In this document: positions 1-10,790 of the stretch, in pieces
Layout: each line of letters begins with the position of its first letter
Position numbering within the stretch: the stretch's first letter is position 1
Virus record (IMG/VR): IMGVR_UViG_3300008117_000011
Span: 1-64,000 of that record
Direction: 5' to 3' (one strand)
DNA: 64,000 nucleotides
Notes under the pieces: generated by a model
Told to the model about the DNA's origin: nothing
What the model saw: only the letters and a program-made list of their open reading frames with translations
Databases searched by the model: none
Translations under genes and position numbers: made by a program

Positions 1-1671
1 AAGATTTATCCCTCTTTTTTTAGCTTCTTCCATTAACATCAACATAGAATTTGCGGCCTCATCAGCTAATTTCTTTTTTAGGGCTTCACCAAAAATACCA
101 TTCTCAACTAAATTCTTGGTGTCTTCATCTGATATTGTGAATTTTGGTGTTTTAATATTACCAGTTTCTCCATTTTTTCCAGATAAAAAGTATTTTGTCC
201 ATTCTGGTAATAATTTAATTTCCTCATCAATCTTTTTAATATTTTTTGCAATTTTTTCTTTTTGTTCTTTTGGTAATTGATTTAAATCAGTATTTTGTTT
301 TTTCTTTATTGATTCATAAACACCTAGTATGTTTTCAACTACTTTTATGTAAGTTAATGTTATACCAAAATCTTTTACAAGTGTTTTAAATAAACTTTCT
401 GTTGGCTTTTTAAGTAAAGCAACAATTTCTGCTTTATAAGCTAAATAATCCGCACCTTTATAAGATTTTTTGGCAATATTATCAACGGCTTTCATTATTT
501 TTGGAGATAGATTATTAGCTTCTTTAATAACTTGTGTGAATAATGCTTTTTCTTCCATTGTTAGTGTGTTCATAAAGGCTTTAATTTGTGCTTGAGTCAT
601 ATTTGTCTCAAGTTTATTTGCCATTATTTTTGTGGATATACCATAACAAGTCTGTAAACTAAAATCTGGTAATATATTAACAAGTGGTGTAAATCTTTGA
701 ACAACTGGTAATGCTATAAATGCTAATGATAACCATCCAGCGCTTTCATAACCTTCTCTATTGAAATAGTATATTGCAACTGGTGCGTTAACAATTGTCT
801 CAGATAATATTGAAGCAGCAAAAAGTCTAGATCTTATTGCATTTACAGAAGCAATTTCTTGAGCGGTTAATCGTGCTATAGCTAAATTTCTTGTAAGAAG
901 AGTTACACCAATTGCAAGACCAATTTGTGCTAAAATACCAACCCCGCTATCCATAAATTTATCAAACCCACCTCTGGTGTCCAAATCAAACGTTGAGTAA
1001 TCACCCGGAACAATAGGTGCTATTATGTTATATGGAATCTGCGTTTCTCCTTCTGTTCTATAGTAACCGGATCCACCATCATTACTTAACGCTGTTTTTG
1101 ATCCTGGGTAGCTTAAGGCCCAGCCACGACTTTTATTGTTTGGGTCTTCTAAATCAATAACAGATTTTGTTGGTTCAATTAGTTTTAAAATTAAATGAAA
1201 ATATTTTCCATCTGGTGTTTTAAATGAATAAGGAATTCCTTTTTTCTGAATAAATTTCCAATCTTCCCAATCATTTGTTGGGTAATACCTTCTTACCGGT
1301 TCTCCATAATTTTCAACGTCAATCTCATCATAGTAACCATATTTATCTTTTTTTGTTAATCCAAGAATTCTACCAGTATCTATATCTGTTAAACGATAAA
1401 ATTTGGTGCCAACAACATATGGTATTTTACTTAATCCACCAAAATCAAAATATTTTATTTTATCATCTTTTTTTTCTTTACCACTAATAGGTGTAAACTT
1501 ATTGAGTACTTCTTTTTGTTTTGCTGCTTTTGGGTCGTAGTTGAAGTTTACAGTACCATCTTGGTTATACTGATTTATATTATCAACAGATTGTTCAGAT
1601 AAAAAAATTGATTTATTAAAATAAATTAATTTATCAATTTCAGTTATTATATCATTTATTTTTTTATCCAT
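1..1671 (-). CDS. Large hypothetical protein, 3' end runs off the window (possible virion protein with hydrophobic segments)
   Basis: ATG at 1671 (MDKKINDIITEIDKLIYFNKSIFLSEQ); frame appears open to position 1; not in ORF track because it is truncated. Confidence 0.7.
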   Translation of the reverse strand, partial: MDKKINDIITEIDKLIYFNKSIFLSEQSVDNINQYNQDGTVNFNYDPKAAKQKEVLNKFTPISGKEKKDDKIKYFDFGGLSKIPYVVGTKFYRLTDIDTGRILGLTKKDKYGYYDEIDVENYGEPVRRYYPTNDWEDWKFIQKKGIPYSFKTPDGKYFHLILKLIEPTKSVIDLEDPNNKSRGWALSYPGSKTALSNDGGSGYYRTEGETQIPYNIIAPIVPGDYSTFDLDTRGGFDKFMDSGVGILAQIGLAIGVTLLTRNLAIARLTAQEIASVNAIRSRLFAASILSETIVNAPVAIYYFNREGYESAGWLSLAFIALPVVQRFTPLVNILPDFSLQTCYGISTKIMANKLETNMTQAQIKAFMNTLTMEEKALFTQVIKEANNLSPKIMKAVDNIAKKSYKGADYLAYKAEIVALLKKPTESLFKTLVKDFGITLTYIKVVENILGVYESIKKKQNTDLNQLPKEQKEKIAKNIKKIDEEIKLLPEWTKYFLSGKNGETGNIKTPKFTISDEDTKNLVENGIFGEALKKKLADEAANSMLMLMEEAKKRGINL

Positions 1672-1712
1672 TTTAAATTTTTATAATCTTTTGTTTAATA
1701 AATGTTTTAATC

Positions 1713-3218
1713 TTATCTTGGGTCGGCTAAAGGTTTAATTGGGACTCTTTTTAAAAATTCAACAGTATAATTTGTTTGTGACTCCATCTCGCTAGGTTTC
1801 TTGCAGAACTGAACGTTGTCTTCTCTAACCCAACCATATTTATAACCTAAACCACCTTCGTGCATATCCTGTTGTAGGTTTAAAAATTCTACTTGATACC
1901 AAAGCATATTTTTGTATTTTTTTGGTAATTTTTTGTAAAGTTCATCTGTGTAGAAGTCAATTGCATTATTAATACCCATCCCAAGTATATAGTTTTTTTG
2001 TTTTTGATTTCCTGTTAATAGAACATCTTTTATTGTTTTTCCTTTAAACCCTGGTGCTGGTTCATTTGAAACCCCTTTAGTATCTAAATGAGATATTAAT
2101 TTATTTAGTTCTGTTTTTGATCCTATAATATTTTTAAAAAACTTTAAAAGTGTGTTATCATCACGTATTTGTCCGTTGTAAAAGGCCGAAACCGGTCTTT
2201 GTCTTTTTTGTGAGATATATTTTCCAACAACTTCATCACTTGACCAATTAATAAAATTATCAGTAGGGTCTAAAAGTCCTGTGTCATCATTTACCTCATT
2301 TGTTGTTCTTAAATTTACATAATTAACACCTTGTTTTAAACAGATATATTCACCACCAATAAATTCATTATTTTGTGAAACTGGTGATTGACTTATTAAC
2401 ATTTTTTCATCATTTGTTAGTGGTAAATGTGATGCCAAATCAAACCCACCAATTGCGGTTGAATCCATTGATAATTTTTTACTTTCAGTGTCCAAGTTTA
2501 AGTCTTCAATGTCAATTTTTTTAACTTTACCTTGATCAGTGTAACTGTAACTCATATCTGAACGAATAAGATATGGTGCTTGAGGTGTATAATTATTATC
2601 TGCTTGATATTTTTTATATTCCGTTAAAAACCAACTTGTATATGATAAATATATTTCATAAAAAGGATTTTGATTACCCGTATTCTCTAGAGCTTTTGAA
2701 AAGACCGAAAAACTCATAGTACACCCTTTTGGTTTGTTTTGGACGACAAGGTAAGAGTTATTCATACAATTGTAGACCAATTCTTCAAATGAGCTGTTTA
2801 TTTGGTCTTGAATTATTTTATCATTACTCAGTTTTGCGTAAATACCGGTTTTTTTTGATATTTGATCTTTGATTATTTGTACGTAATAATTACAAGCAGT
2901 TAATTCATTAGCTTTATTTTGTGCTAATAAATCTTGTTGCTGTTGAATGTATTCACTGGTTGATTTATTTTTATATGGAACAACACTAGCAAAATTTGGG
3001 GATACGTATTGTTTACCTGTTTTACAATCAATTATTGTTCTATCAGTTAGATTCTGATTACCTTCACTTGATGTTATTTTTGGTGATTGGTTTGATTGTT
3101 TTTTTGCGGTAATAGTTACTTCTGGTTGTGCACTAACCGGTTGTTCAGACAAAGTCTTTCTTGAGTCATATTTCATATTAAGAAGTATTCTTTTCAGTAT
3201 TTCATCAGAATTATTCAT
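1713..3218 (-). CDS. Hypothetical protein, 501 aa
   Basis: Long ORF; leader-like N-terminus (EILKRILLNMKY...LSEQ); SH3b-like YVNLR...GWVR motifs near the C-terminus. Confidence 0.8.
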   Translation of the reverse strand: MNNSDEILKRILLNMKYDSRKTLSEQPVSAQPEVTITAKKQSNQSPKITSSEGNQNLTDRTIIDCKTGKQYVSPNFASVVPYKNKSTSEYIQQQQDLLAQNKANELTACNYYVQIIKDQISKKTGIYAKLSNDKIIQDQINSSFEELVYNCMNNSYLVVQNKPKGCTMSFSVFSKALENTGNQNPFYEIYLSYTSWFLTEYKKYQADNNYTPQAPYLIRSDMSYSYTDQGKVKKIDIEDLNLDTESKKLSMDSTAIGGFDLASHLPLTNDEKMLISQSPVSQNNEFIGGEYICLKQGVNYVNLRTTNEVNDDTGLLDPTDNFINWSSDEVVGKYISQKRQRPVSAFYNGQIRDDNTLLKFFKNIIGSKTELNKLISHLDTKGVSNEPAPGFKGKTIKDVLLTGNQKQKNYILGMGINNAIDFYTDELYKKLPKKYKNMLWYQVEFLNLQQDMHEGGLGYKYGWVREDNVQFCKKPSEMESQTNYTVEFLKRVPIKPLADPR

Positions 3219-3460
3219 AATAAAGTATTTGCTTTACCTCGTGTAATTTTATTTAATGATTTCCAAGTTACCTTATCATCAATTGTATTCGCATTACTTC
3301 TAACAAGCCCTGTTTCCCATTTTGTAACAGCAGGATATGCACCTCCACCACCAGATGATGTTGCACCTCCTCCAGCGTCATCCTCCTCGCCCAATTCACC
3401 ATTGTTTGTTGGGTTAAATGTGTATTTCTCAAGAAGTCCTATTAATTGGTCTAACTCCAT
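3215..3460 (-). CDS. Small hypothetical phage protein
   Basis: 81 aa, Gly-rich linker, ATGA overlap with downstream gene, TATTTAT upstream. Confidence 0.75.
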   Translation of the reverse strand: MELDQLIGLLEKYTFNPTNNGELGEEDDAGGGATSSGGGGAYPAVTKWETGLVRSNANTIDDKVTWKSLNKITRGKANTLL

Positions 3461-3482
3461 AAAAATTTTTCTTTTATAAATA

Positions 3483-3512
3483 TTTGTAAATAGAAAAAAA
3501 ATAGTATCTTTG
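3483..3512 (+). promoter_or_regulatory. Bacteroidota-type primary-sigma promoter
   Basis: TTTG-N18-TATCTTTG upstream of 3542. Confidence 0.55.
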
Positions 3513-3541
3513 TGATATAGATAATATTTAAATAATAAGAT

Positions 3542-4045
3542 ATGAAACGAATTTTTGTACTTTTCTTTTTGCTTGGACTTGTAACTTCTTGTACAAAATA
3601 TGCAGAACCTAGTCTTCTTAGTCTGAGTGGCGAGTATCGTGTAGATAAAATCACGTACGAACAGACTGATAATACAACTAACTCAAATAATATGGTATTT
3701 TACCCGGGTGATATGTATATTAACCCAAATGATTCACACCCATTTGATACGATTCCGGTTGGTTTTTACAAATTACATTTTGATTATTCTATTGTTAGTT
3801 TTTCACCAAATCAGAATATGGATGGGTCAACAACTTGGTCTGAACAATATTTCTATCACGTTCATAATCAAACAACACAATATGCTGGTGATTTAGAAAT
3901 TGAGATGAATGGTTCAAAAAGAATGTTCTCAATTATTGAAGATGGTCTTGAGCATATTGTAATTAGGTCAAAAGGGGCCTGGTTCTCAGGGTCGTCTGGA
4001 CCAAACGAATCTATTACATTATTTTTAACAAGAACTGGTCCGTGA
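3542..4045 (+). CDS. Lipoprotein (lipocalin-like beta-barrel possible)
   Basis: MKR + hydrophobic stretch + LVTSC lipobox; LSGEY motif. Confidence 0.75.
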   Translation: MKRIFVLFFLLGLVTSCTKYAEPSLLSLSGEYRVDKITYEQTDNTTNSNNMVFYPGDMYINPNDSHPFDTIPVGFYKLHFDYSIVSFSPNQNMDGSTTWSEQYFYHVHNQTTQYAGDLEIEMNGSKRMFSIIEDGLEHIVIRSKGAWFSGSSGPNESITLFLTRTGP

Positions 4046-4062
4046 TAAACGGGCCTTTTTTA

Positions 4063-4365
4063 TTATAGGATTTCTGACTTTGGAAGTTTGTCTTGATTTA
4101 CAATGTAATATTCATTTAGAAAGGATATAAGCTGCTCTTCATCTATTGACTGGAACTCTTCATCATAATAGTCATCTTCTTCGTCCTCAAACCCAAAAAA
4201 ATCATTGGTATCATCAACTAAATCATACCCAAAATCTTTTGCCTCATTTAAATCAACAATATCATTTCTGATTTCATCATCCGAATCACTAGATAACCTG
4301 AAAGAAATTTCAATTCTTTTAGTATCCTCAAAAAGATAGTACGAAACTAACTCCTGTATTTCCAT
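4063..4365 (-). CDS. Acidic hypothetical protein
   Basis: 100 aa ORF in operon. Confidence 0.75.
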   Translation of the reverse strand: MEIQELVSYYLFEDTKRIEISFRLSSDSDDEIRNDIVDLNEAKDFGYDLVDDTNDFFGFEDEEDDYYDEEFQSIDEEQLISFLNEYYIVNQDKLPKSEIL

Positions 4366-4367
4366 TT

Positions 4368-4937
4368 TTAATTGTAGTTTTTAAATCTCTTAAACATATC
4401 TAAAGATTTATTTACACTTTCCATTAGATTATTATCCTCATCAAATTCGTCTAATGGTTGTGAACTAAAATCATCAAGCTCATCAATATCATACTCATAA
4501 TAGTCCTCCATCATTTCTTCAGTATCAATATCAAAAACAATATCCAAATTGTCGTCATCACAATTTTTACACTCACCATCATCTTTCATTCCAAGAGACA
4601 TATAATCAATTTCATCCTCGTTTGGTGAAGGATATAAATCATGCATAAAATCTGGATTATCCAAATCAACAGTTCCATTTTCTAAATCATCCGAACCATC
4701 AGCAATTTGATCTCTTCTATCAATATCTTCGTTAATTTTTGTATTTGTATAATGTTTTACCTCACCTTTATTTGATACTGTAATTCCGTTCTTATCATTT
4801 GCCAGATCTTGCACATAAAGAGGTTGCATGTTGGACCCATTTGCGTATTCTGTTACATAACCATCATAAAGTGATTTATGTTTGTCTAGAATATCATTTT
4901 TCTCAGTTTGAGACATCTTAAAGAAATATTGTGCCAT
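4368..4937 (-). CDS. Acidic hypothetical protein with EK..IL-type leader
   Basis: MAQYFFKMSQTEKNDILDKH; C-terminal LMES motif. Confidence 0.75.
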   Translation of the reverse strand: MAQYFFKMSQTEKNDILDKHKSLYDGYVTEYANGSNMQPLYVQDLANDKNGITVSNKGEVKHYTNTKINEDIDRRDQIADGSDDLENGTVDLDNPDFMHDLYPSPNEDEIDYMSLGMKDDGECKNCDDDNLDIVFDIDTEEMMEDYYEYDIDELDDFSSQPLDEFDEDNNLMESVNKSLDMFKRFKNYN

Positions 4938-4941
4938 ATTA

Positions 4942-5328
4942 TTATTTTTTACATTCTTTTATTATTTGTTTTTTTGTTTTAAAAAACAAAACGCTTTCAT
5001 TTATATCTTCAACATCATCAATTTCAACTACCTTTCTCCACTGATCAATAGGTTCTAATTCTGTACTTCCACAATTTTTACACTCTGGAAATTCAGAACC
5101 TTGTTCGTTTCCACATTGTTTACATATTCTACCGTCAATAAGTGCTAAACTAGAACCACTTTTCCAATTTACATAGTACTGATTTAATCCGAAGACGTTT
5201 GAAACTGACTTTACGACACCCGGTGTTCCTCCGGCAACACCAGAGAATTTATCAGACATATTAATACAAATTACTTTGTCACCAGGTTCTAATAGTACGT
5301 TTTTTTCATATTTAACTTTCTTTGCCAT
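4942..5328 (-). CDS. DUF4314-like SH3-fold protein with inserted double CxxC zinc ribbon
   Basis: GDKVICINM..D..GTPGVV...VNWKSGSSLALI motif; CKQC...CKNC. Confidence 0.6.
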   Translation of the reverse strand: MAKKVKYEKNVLLEPGDKVICINMSDKFSGVAGGTPGVVKSVSNVFGLNQYYVNWKSGSSLALIDGRICKQCGNEQGSEFPECKNCGSTELEPIDQWRKVVEIDDVEDINESVLFFKTKKQIIKECKK

Positions 5329-5349
5329 ACAAATATAAATATAGCGTAA

Positions 5350-5356
5350 TATTTAT
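5350..5356 (+). promoter_or_regulatory. TATTTAT putative phage (late) promoter, example
   Basis: TATTTAT-N5-ATG at 5362; the motif recurs before dozens of genes. Confidence 0.6.
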
Positions 5357-5361
5357 TTGTT

Positions 5362-5979
5362 ATGAAGATAATACTTACAGAATCACAATATAAAAATTTA
5401 ATACTTGAAAACTTAGGTAGGGAAACAATTAATAAATTAAAATCTCTTCAGGAATTCTTTGATAACGTATCTTCTGAAAGTAAAAAACAAATAGGATTAG
5501 ACTTAGGATTTCTTGCGACCTGGGGTGTTACAATTGCTGGTTTTGTCAGACCGATTAGTGAATTTATGAAAGGTGAATTTCCGGAACTAACATCAACGGA
5601 AATAATTCTTTTGTCAACTGGTGTAATTTTAACTTACTTTACAACAAACAAGGATAAACTAAGAAAAGTTCTTGATTTAATAAAAGAAAAGAATCTTATT
5701 TTTGAGTTTGACATAGTTCTTGAAAAGGCGGATAAGTTAAAAAACGTATTTTTTGCTTTTATTGATAGTCTTGCAATCCCTATAAGTAAGATATCAAATA
5801 TGCTTGCTTATACATTCATTATTCCGATAATTCCTGAACTATATGAAATGGCTCAAGGAAATGAATCAATGGATGTATCTGAAATGGTTGGTAGAGTTCT
5901 TGGTTTTGTTGGTATCACATATGGTGGAAATTTAACAAAAAGACTTCTTAATGAAATTGTAAGAAGATTTAAATCTTAA
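5362..5979 (+). CDS. Leader-tagged membrane-associated hypothetical protein
   Basis: MKIILTESQYKNLILE leader; hydrophobic segments. Confidence 0.8.
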   Translation: MKIILTESQYKNLILENLGRETINKLKSLQEFFDNVSSESKKQIGLDLGFLATWGVTIAGFVRPISEFMKGEFPELTSTEIILLSTGVILTYFTTNKDKLRKVLDLIKEKNLIFEFDIVLEKADKLKNVFFAFIDSLAIPISKISNMLAYTFIIPIIPELYEMAQGNESMDVSEMVGRVLGFVGITYGGNLTKRLLNEIVRRFKS

Positions 5980-6410
5980 TAATTTGAGTAATCACCATAA
6001 GCTTCTTCTGGATCCCAGAATAGACCTAAAGTAATTTCACTAAATTCTGAATAAGATAAATTAACTTCGTGTATTATTATACCCCTAAATGAATTTGTCT
6101 TTTTATTAAGTTTTAAGTCTCTTGATAAACCCACTTGACAAATCTCTTGAACTACATTAAAATACCATTTTAAATTATCACCAATTGCGTCAGGTTCAAA
6201 ATCACAATTATCACAATCTGCGTTTTTTATTGTTAAACCTAAACTAATTTCATAAACTCGTTTTTTACCTTCTTTCCAATCAAAATCAATGTTGTCTAAT
6301 TGAATTAAAATATCACCTCTATCAATTTGTGGATTTAAACCAAGATTTACTGTTACATAGTTTTTTAATGTTTCAATTCTTGTTTGTAATTCTTGTGGGA
6401 TTTGTTTCAT
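5976..6410 (-). CDS. Hypothetical protein
   Basis: 144 aa ORF. Confidence 0.7.
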   Translation of the reverse strand: MKQIPQELQTRIETLKNYVTVNLGLNPQIDRGDILIQLDNIDFDWKEGKKRVYEISLGLTIKNADCDNCDFEPDAIGDNLKWYFNVVQEICQVGLSRDLKLNKKTNSFRGIIIHEVNLSYSEFSEITLGLFWDPEEAYGDYSNY

Positions 6411-7006
6411 TATCTATGATTTAATATTTTGTTTATCACATCTGGTATTTGCTCATCACTTAATCTGTGAACTTCTTTGTTTTTTTCAAACCAGTTCTTA
6501 ATTACAAAATCAAGAGGTTTTTGTGTTATTTTAGCAAGTCTTTTAAAACCGAATAATTGGGCATCAAGTTCTTTTGGTTGTGTGTAATACTCATAAGGGT
6601 CTTCCGGTTCATCCCCACCAAGTTCATAAGTTCCCTTTATGTTTTGATCTACGTGTCTTATTTCGTGAGCTATTAACTCATTTAGTTCACCAATTAAATC
6701 ATACATAATCTGCATTTTTACCTCTGGGTTATATTCAATACGGATAATAATTATATCATCCTCGTGTAAATATTCCCCATTGATTATAAATGATTGGATC
6801 TCATCATTTTTTACAAGTTGCATTTCAACCGATAGTGGTGTTGGGAGTTCTTTAAATTCATAAAAATCTTTTTCTTCATCAAAGTAATTTGGAAGGTAGA
6901 ATTCACCATCTTCTTCTATTTTAAAGACTTTTGTAATACCAGACACTATTTGTCTTATTACATTTCTTCTTCTGTTGTCTTCAAGTAAAATTTGTTCTTT
7001 GGTCAT
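6410..7006 (-). CDS. Zincin-like metallopeptidase-motif protein
   Basis: IAHEIRHVDQ (HExxH) plus downstream ELDA; start re-called at MTKEQ behind TATTTAT. Confidence 0.6.
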   Translation of the reverse strand: MTKEQILLEDNRRRNVIRQIVSGITKVFKIEEDGEFYLPNYFDEEKDFYEFKELPTPLSVEMQLVKNDEIQSFIINGEYLHEDDIIIIRIEYNPEVKMQIMYDLIGELNELIAHEIRHVDQNIKGTYELGGDEPEDPYEYYTQPKELDAQLFGFKRLAKITQKPLDFVIKNWFEKNKEVHRLSDEQIPDVINKILNHR

Positions 7007-7105
7007 ACAAATAAATATGTAAAGGTTATTAATATAACTATAAAAAAAATACACCAAAAATAAATTATGGTGTATTTTTTAATTTTTTATTAAAATAAAA
7101 TTATT

Positions 7106-7894
7106 TTAACCAAGAGTTTCAGTACATAACATTGTTATTTGTTCTGGCGTTAAAGATTCACCCATTTTCAATTGATTAAGAGCGTCTTGCGTTTTACAAC
7201 CCCAATAACCATCATCTTTAATACCAAGTGTTGGTAATTTTTTAGCTAAACATCTTTGTACTTCTTTTATTTTTTCACATTTATCACACTTGTGGTAATG
7301 TTGTGATTGTGAACAATCTTTGTATGCTGGACAAGCAGGAATTCCACTAGGGCATTTTTTAGTTGGGCTTACTTGTGATCCTTTACATTTATAACCATCC
7401 TCACCTAGTTTAGCCCAAGCTTTACTTCCAGGTCTATCGGTATCAGGCTTTAATTTTGTTCCACAACAAAACATTGATTTCATTTTTCCTATAAAATCAA
7501 CCGGGTCTGTATATATATACTCATATCTGTCAACCCAATTACCGCTATCGTCCTTCAATTTTCCAATTACTTTATTAGAATCACATTTTATTGTTAATAA
7601 CTCCCGATAAGCATAACCTCGTTGTAAATTATTCCAAAATGTTATCGCATTAAATCTTTCATCTCCCCAAACGACCGTTCCAAGTTTTAATTCAGCTGTT
7701 ACACCTTTACCACCTCCTTGTCCAATTTCTTGACCTCTAAAAGTAACATCGCCTTGAGTTATGTATTGACCTTTTTCGTTAAGAATATCCTTTTCTTTAC
7801 TATATTGCTCAAGAATTGGCTTTAAAGATAAGTTTTTGTGCATATCTAATATTCTTCTTTTTTCTTCTTCTGAAATTAAAATTCTTTTGTTCAT
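7106..7894 (-). CDS. Leader-tagged Cys-rich protein with C-terminal peptidoglycan-binding-like motif
   Basis: MNKRILISEEEKRRIL leader; IKEVQRCL...DGYWGCKTQDAL resembles PG_binding_1. Confidence 0.65.
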   Translation of the reverse strand: MNKRILISEEEKRRILDMHKNLSLKPILEQYSKEKDILNEKGQYITQGDVTFRGQEIGQGGGKGVTAELKLGTVVWGDERFNAITFWNNLQRGYAYRELLTIKCDSNKVIGKLKDDSGNWVDRYEYIYTDPVDFIGKMKSMFCCGTKLKPDTDRPGSKAWAKLGEDGYKCKGSQVSPTKKCPSGIPACPAYKDCSQSQHYHKCDKCEKIKEVQRCLAKKLPTLGIKDDGYWGCKTQDALNQLKMGESLTPEQITMLCTETLG

Positions 7895-7938
7895 AATTTA
7901 ACTTTTATTATAAATATATTTGATTATAAAAAAATAAT

Positions 7939-8859
7939 TTAAGTTTGATTTTTACTAGAGCAAAAATCACCATTTTGTACATAATAAGACCCAATGTCTG
8001 CAAGATTAAAAACATATGAAGGTATTTTCATTAATTCTTGGTATTTAGGATTGTTAATTACCCATTCTGGAACATTTATACAACCGGATGATAAATTTGA
8101 TGATTTATTTATACTTTCATCATCTAAATCAAAAATTGTTCTATCTTTTGCCTTAATTAATGCGTCTTTTCTTTCTGGATCATTTAATACTTTATGAATT
8201 GCTTGTGACAATAACTTACCATCTAATGTTTTTAAATATGTGTAGGGAACACTTAAATTACTTGTTGTATATATACCAGGATTTAAAGAGGCTCCACCAC
8301 TAAATTCAAAAACCTCTTTATCGGAAACATCACTAACTTTTTTATTTTTATATTTTGCAATATAAGCCCTTCTTTCTTCAAAATTTAAAAGATTAAATTT
8401 TTTAAATTCGTCTGATGTTGCTTGTTTTTCTCTACCGGTAATAATTGGAATTGGGGATTTTTTTTGTAAATCTTCATATGGCGTCACATCGTTTAATTCT
8501 TTATCAAAAAAATAAATTGTATGTCGCATAGAGTTTATAATTATTATATTTTTATCTCTAAATCTTGGTCTTATTGCAATGAGTCCCATTTCGCAAGCCG
8601 TATAAGTTTCAACCCCATCTGAAATTAATTTTGTTGCAAATAACTGAATATCATTATTTATTCCTGAAAAAACAACATTTAAATCATCAGTATTTAACTT
8701 TGTTTTGTACTTTGCAATAATTTCATCGTAATCAACAACATTAGTTTTTGATGATTCGTCAAATTTAAGACAAGAGTTTTCGGTCTGTTCAGTTACAATA
8801 CCATATAAATTTTTTATGTGGTTTTTTTCACTTTCTGTTATGACAAATCTTTTACTCAT
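7939..8859 (-). CDS. Leader-tagged L,D-transpeptidase (YkuD)-like protein
   Basis: AIH...LSSGCINV His/Cys catalytic motif; MSKRFVITESEK leader. Confidence 0.55.
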   Translation of the reverse strand: MSKRFVITESEKNHIKNLYGIVTEQTENSCLKFDESSKTNVVDYDEIIAKYKTKLNTDDLNVVFSGINNDIQLFATKLISDGVETYTACEMGLIAIRPRFRDKNIIIINSMRHTIYFFDKELNDVTPYEDLQKKSPIPIITGREKQATSDEFKKFNLLNFEERRAYIAKYKNKKVSDVSDKEVFEFSGGASLNPGIYTTSNLSVPYTYLKTLDGKLLSQAIHKVLNDPERKDALIKAKDRTIFDLDDESINKSSNLSSGCINVPEWVINNPKYQELMKIPSYVFNLADIGSYYVQNGDFCSSKNQT

Positions 8860-10095
8860 TTAAAATTCTTTAATTTTTACAATTAGTTCACCATCACCTT
8901 TGATTACTCTGTGGTAAACACCTTTAGGGATAAATATTGTTTGCCCTTCCTTTAGTTGTTTTGGTATTTCATTATCCATTTGTAGTTTCCACCCATTTGA
9001 TTTGACAACTTTTACTTTTCTATCCCTTTCGTCAAAATGCCATTTTAGTTCGTGTTCATTTATACCACTTTTAAATGTTCTACGTTTAACACCACTTTCA
9101 TTTACCTCATCAAATGGTAAGTCATCTGTATTTTGTTGTTTTGGTCCTAACTTGGGGTCTAGTAAATATTTTTCATTTAACCAGTTTCTTAATTCGTTTT
9201 CAACAAAGTATTCCGGAACCTCTTCATCTTCTGGTTTCGTACTTGCGATATCAGCAATATACCTAGCAAATTGAATTTTGTCGTTTTCTCTAATCATAGC
9301 TAAAAGGCCGTCCGATATAAAAAATATTTTAGATAATGGATCCTCAACGTTTAGTTCACCCTCAAATACATCAAAAGCCTTAAGGGTCATCTTTCCCCAC
9401 CAGGTTCTATATTTTTCAGTATCCTCAAGTGCCGGTCTTACAATTTTATTTATAGCCCTTGTAATTGATGCGGCGGCTCCAGCTAATGCAATTTGTGGTA
9501 AAAACCAGGGTAATAATCTTAATGTCGCTTTATACCCACCAACACCAAGATGTGTAAAAATTCTTTTTCTTGTTGCAGATTCAAATATTGCTTCTAGTTG
9601 ACCAAAAGTTATTTTTCCTTGTGCCTTACAAAACTTTTCAGAATCACAAATATTTTTTATGGCTCTTCCAGATGGGTTAACCTTTTCCTGGATGTTATTC
9701 CCAGTGACATATGTAATTGGGTTGGGTGGTCTTTGATTAAATAAAAAATTCACCATAAAGGTGCCTCCCAATCCAAAGTAATTATCCAGATTAAACTCCA
9801 ATATCTTTGAACCTCTGTCAAACATTACTTCTAAAAAAAAATTTTGAGGTATATCGTTTGATGTGCTATCAATAAAAAAAGTAACCCCTAACTCATCTGA
9901 CTTGTAATCAGAAAAATCTTCACCTGGTATATAAGGTTCCTTTGGTTTTATGTCAATTCCATATAAACTAAAGTCAAATTTACCACTATAATTTTTTTTA
10001 TACCTTTCACTAAAAGCCGGCTCAACCACTTTTTTTAAAAAGTAGTTAAATTTTTTAATGTAATTTGGGTTTGTAAATTTATCAAATAAATTCAT
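8860..10095 (-). CDS. Multi-module protein with C-terminal cupin domain
   Basis: WHFDERDR...GWKLQMD...IFIPKGVYHRVIKG cupin motif; modules separated by IQE/VNE. Confidence 0.7.
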   Translation of the reverse strand: MNLFDKFTNPNYIKKFNYFLKKVVEPAFSERYKKNYSGKFDFSLYGIDIKPKEPYIPGEDFSDYKSDELGVTFFIDSTSNDIPQNFFLEVMFDRGSKILEFNLDNYFGLGGTFMVNFLFNQRPPNPITYVTGNNIQEKVNPSGRAIKNICDSEKFCKAQGKITFGQLEAIFESATRKRIFTHLGVGGYKATLRLLPWFLPQIALAGAAASITRAINKIVRPALEDTEKYRTWWGKMTLKAFDVFEGELNVEDPLSKIFFISDGLLAMIRENDKIQFARYIADIASTKPEDEEVPEYFVENELRNWLNEKYLLDPKLGPKQQNTDDLPFDEVNESGVKRRTFKSGINEHELKWHFDERDRKVKVVKSNGWKLQMDNEIPKQLKEGQTIFIPKGVYHRVIKGDGELIVKIKEF

Positions 10096-10101
10096 TTTGT
10101 A

Positions 10102-10713
10102 TTACCAACTTCTTGATGACTTTAAGCCAAGTTTTTTTCTATATCTTGAGACATTACAACTCCAGTATCCGGCAGTTGTTCTATCTTTCTTTTGGTCACA
10201 TTTATGTCTTGCTCTAAAAGACTTTGCTCTTGCTTTACTTGCGTTTCTTACTCTCAAATTAGGATCTCCAAAAGTAACTTTTTTTACATTACCACCCGGG
10301 GTTTTAACATATACCGCAAATTTCTTTGGTCCTCCTGGGGTTCTAAATGGACTATTTAATTTAACATTTTTTCCACGATGTTTTACTTCAGTTAAAGTTT
10401 CCTCAATTTCAAATGGAGCGTCAAGATAAACAACTCTCCCATCATCAAGAGTTATAGATTTACCCAAATCACTTTCAATAATCCATTTATCATCTTTATT
10501 TAATTCAATCAGACCAAATTCATAAAGATTTCTAACTTCATTAATTAAATCAAAAAAAGATTCGGAATAAACTCTAAAAACGTTTTCCGAAAGTGTAATT
10601 TTATTGTCTAAATGATATTTTAAATTATCTGATATTTCAACCGATTCTTTTAATACCATTTTAGAATCCAATTCCTCAGAAAGTATTTTCTTTATATTAT
10701 TTTCTAAATTCAT
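10102..10713 (-). CDS. Leader-tagged DUF6321-like basic phage protein
   Basis: KKFAVYVK...VTFGDP...SFRARHKCD...AGYWSC motif; MNLENNIKKILSEE leader. Confidence 0.65.
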   Translation of the reverse strand: MNLENNIKKILSEELDSKMVLKESVEISDNLKYHLDNKITLSENVFRVYSESFFDLINEVRNLYEFGLIELNKDDKWIIESDLGKSITLDDGRVVYLDAPFEIEETLTEVKHRGKNVKLNSPFRTPGGPKKFAVYVKTPGGNVKKVTFGDPNLRVRNASKARAKSFRARHKCDQKKDRTTAGYWSCNVSRYRKKLGLKSSRSW

Positions 10714-10790
10714 ACCTTATTGTGATATTTATATCTATAAATACATTGAAAAATATTTAAATAAAAGATATTTATTATTAAAATCATTAT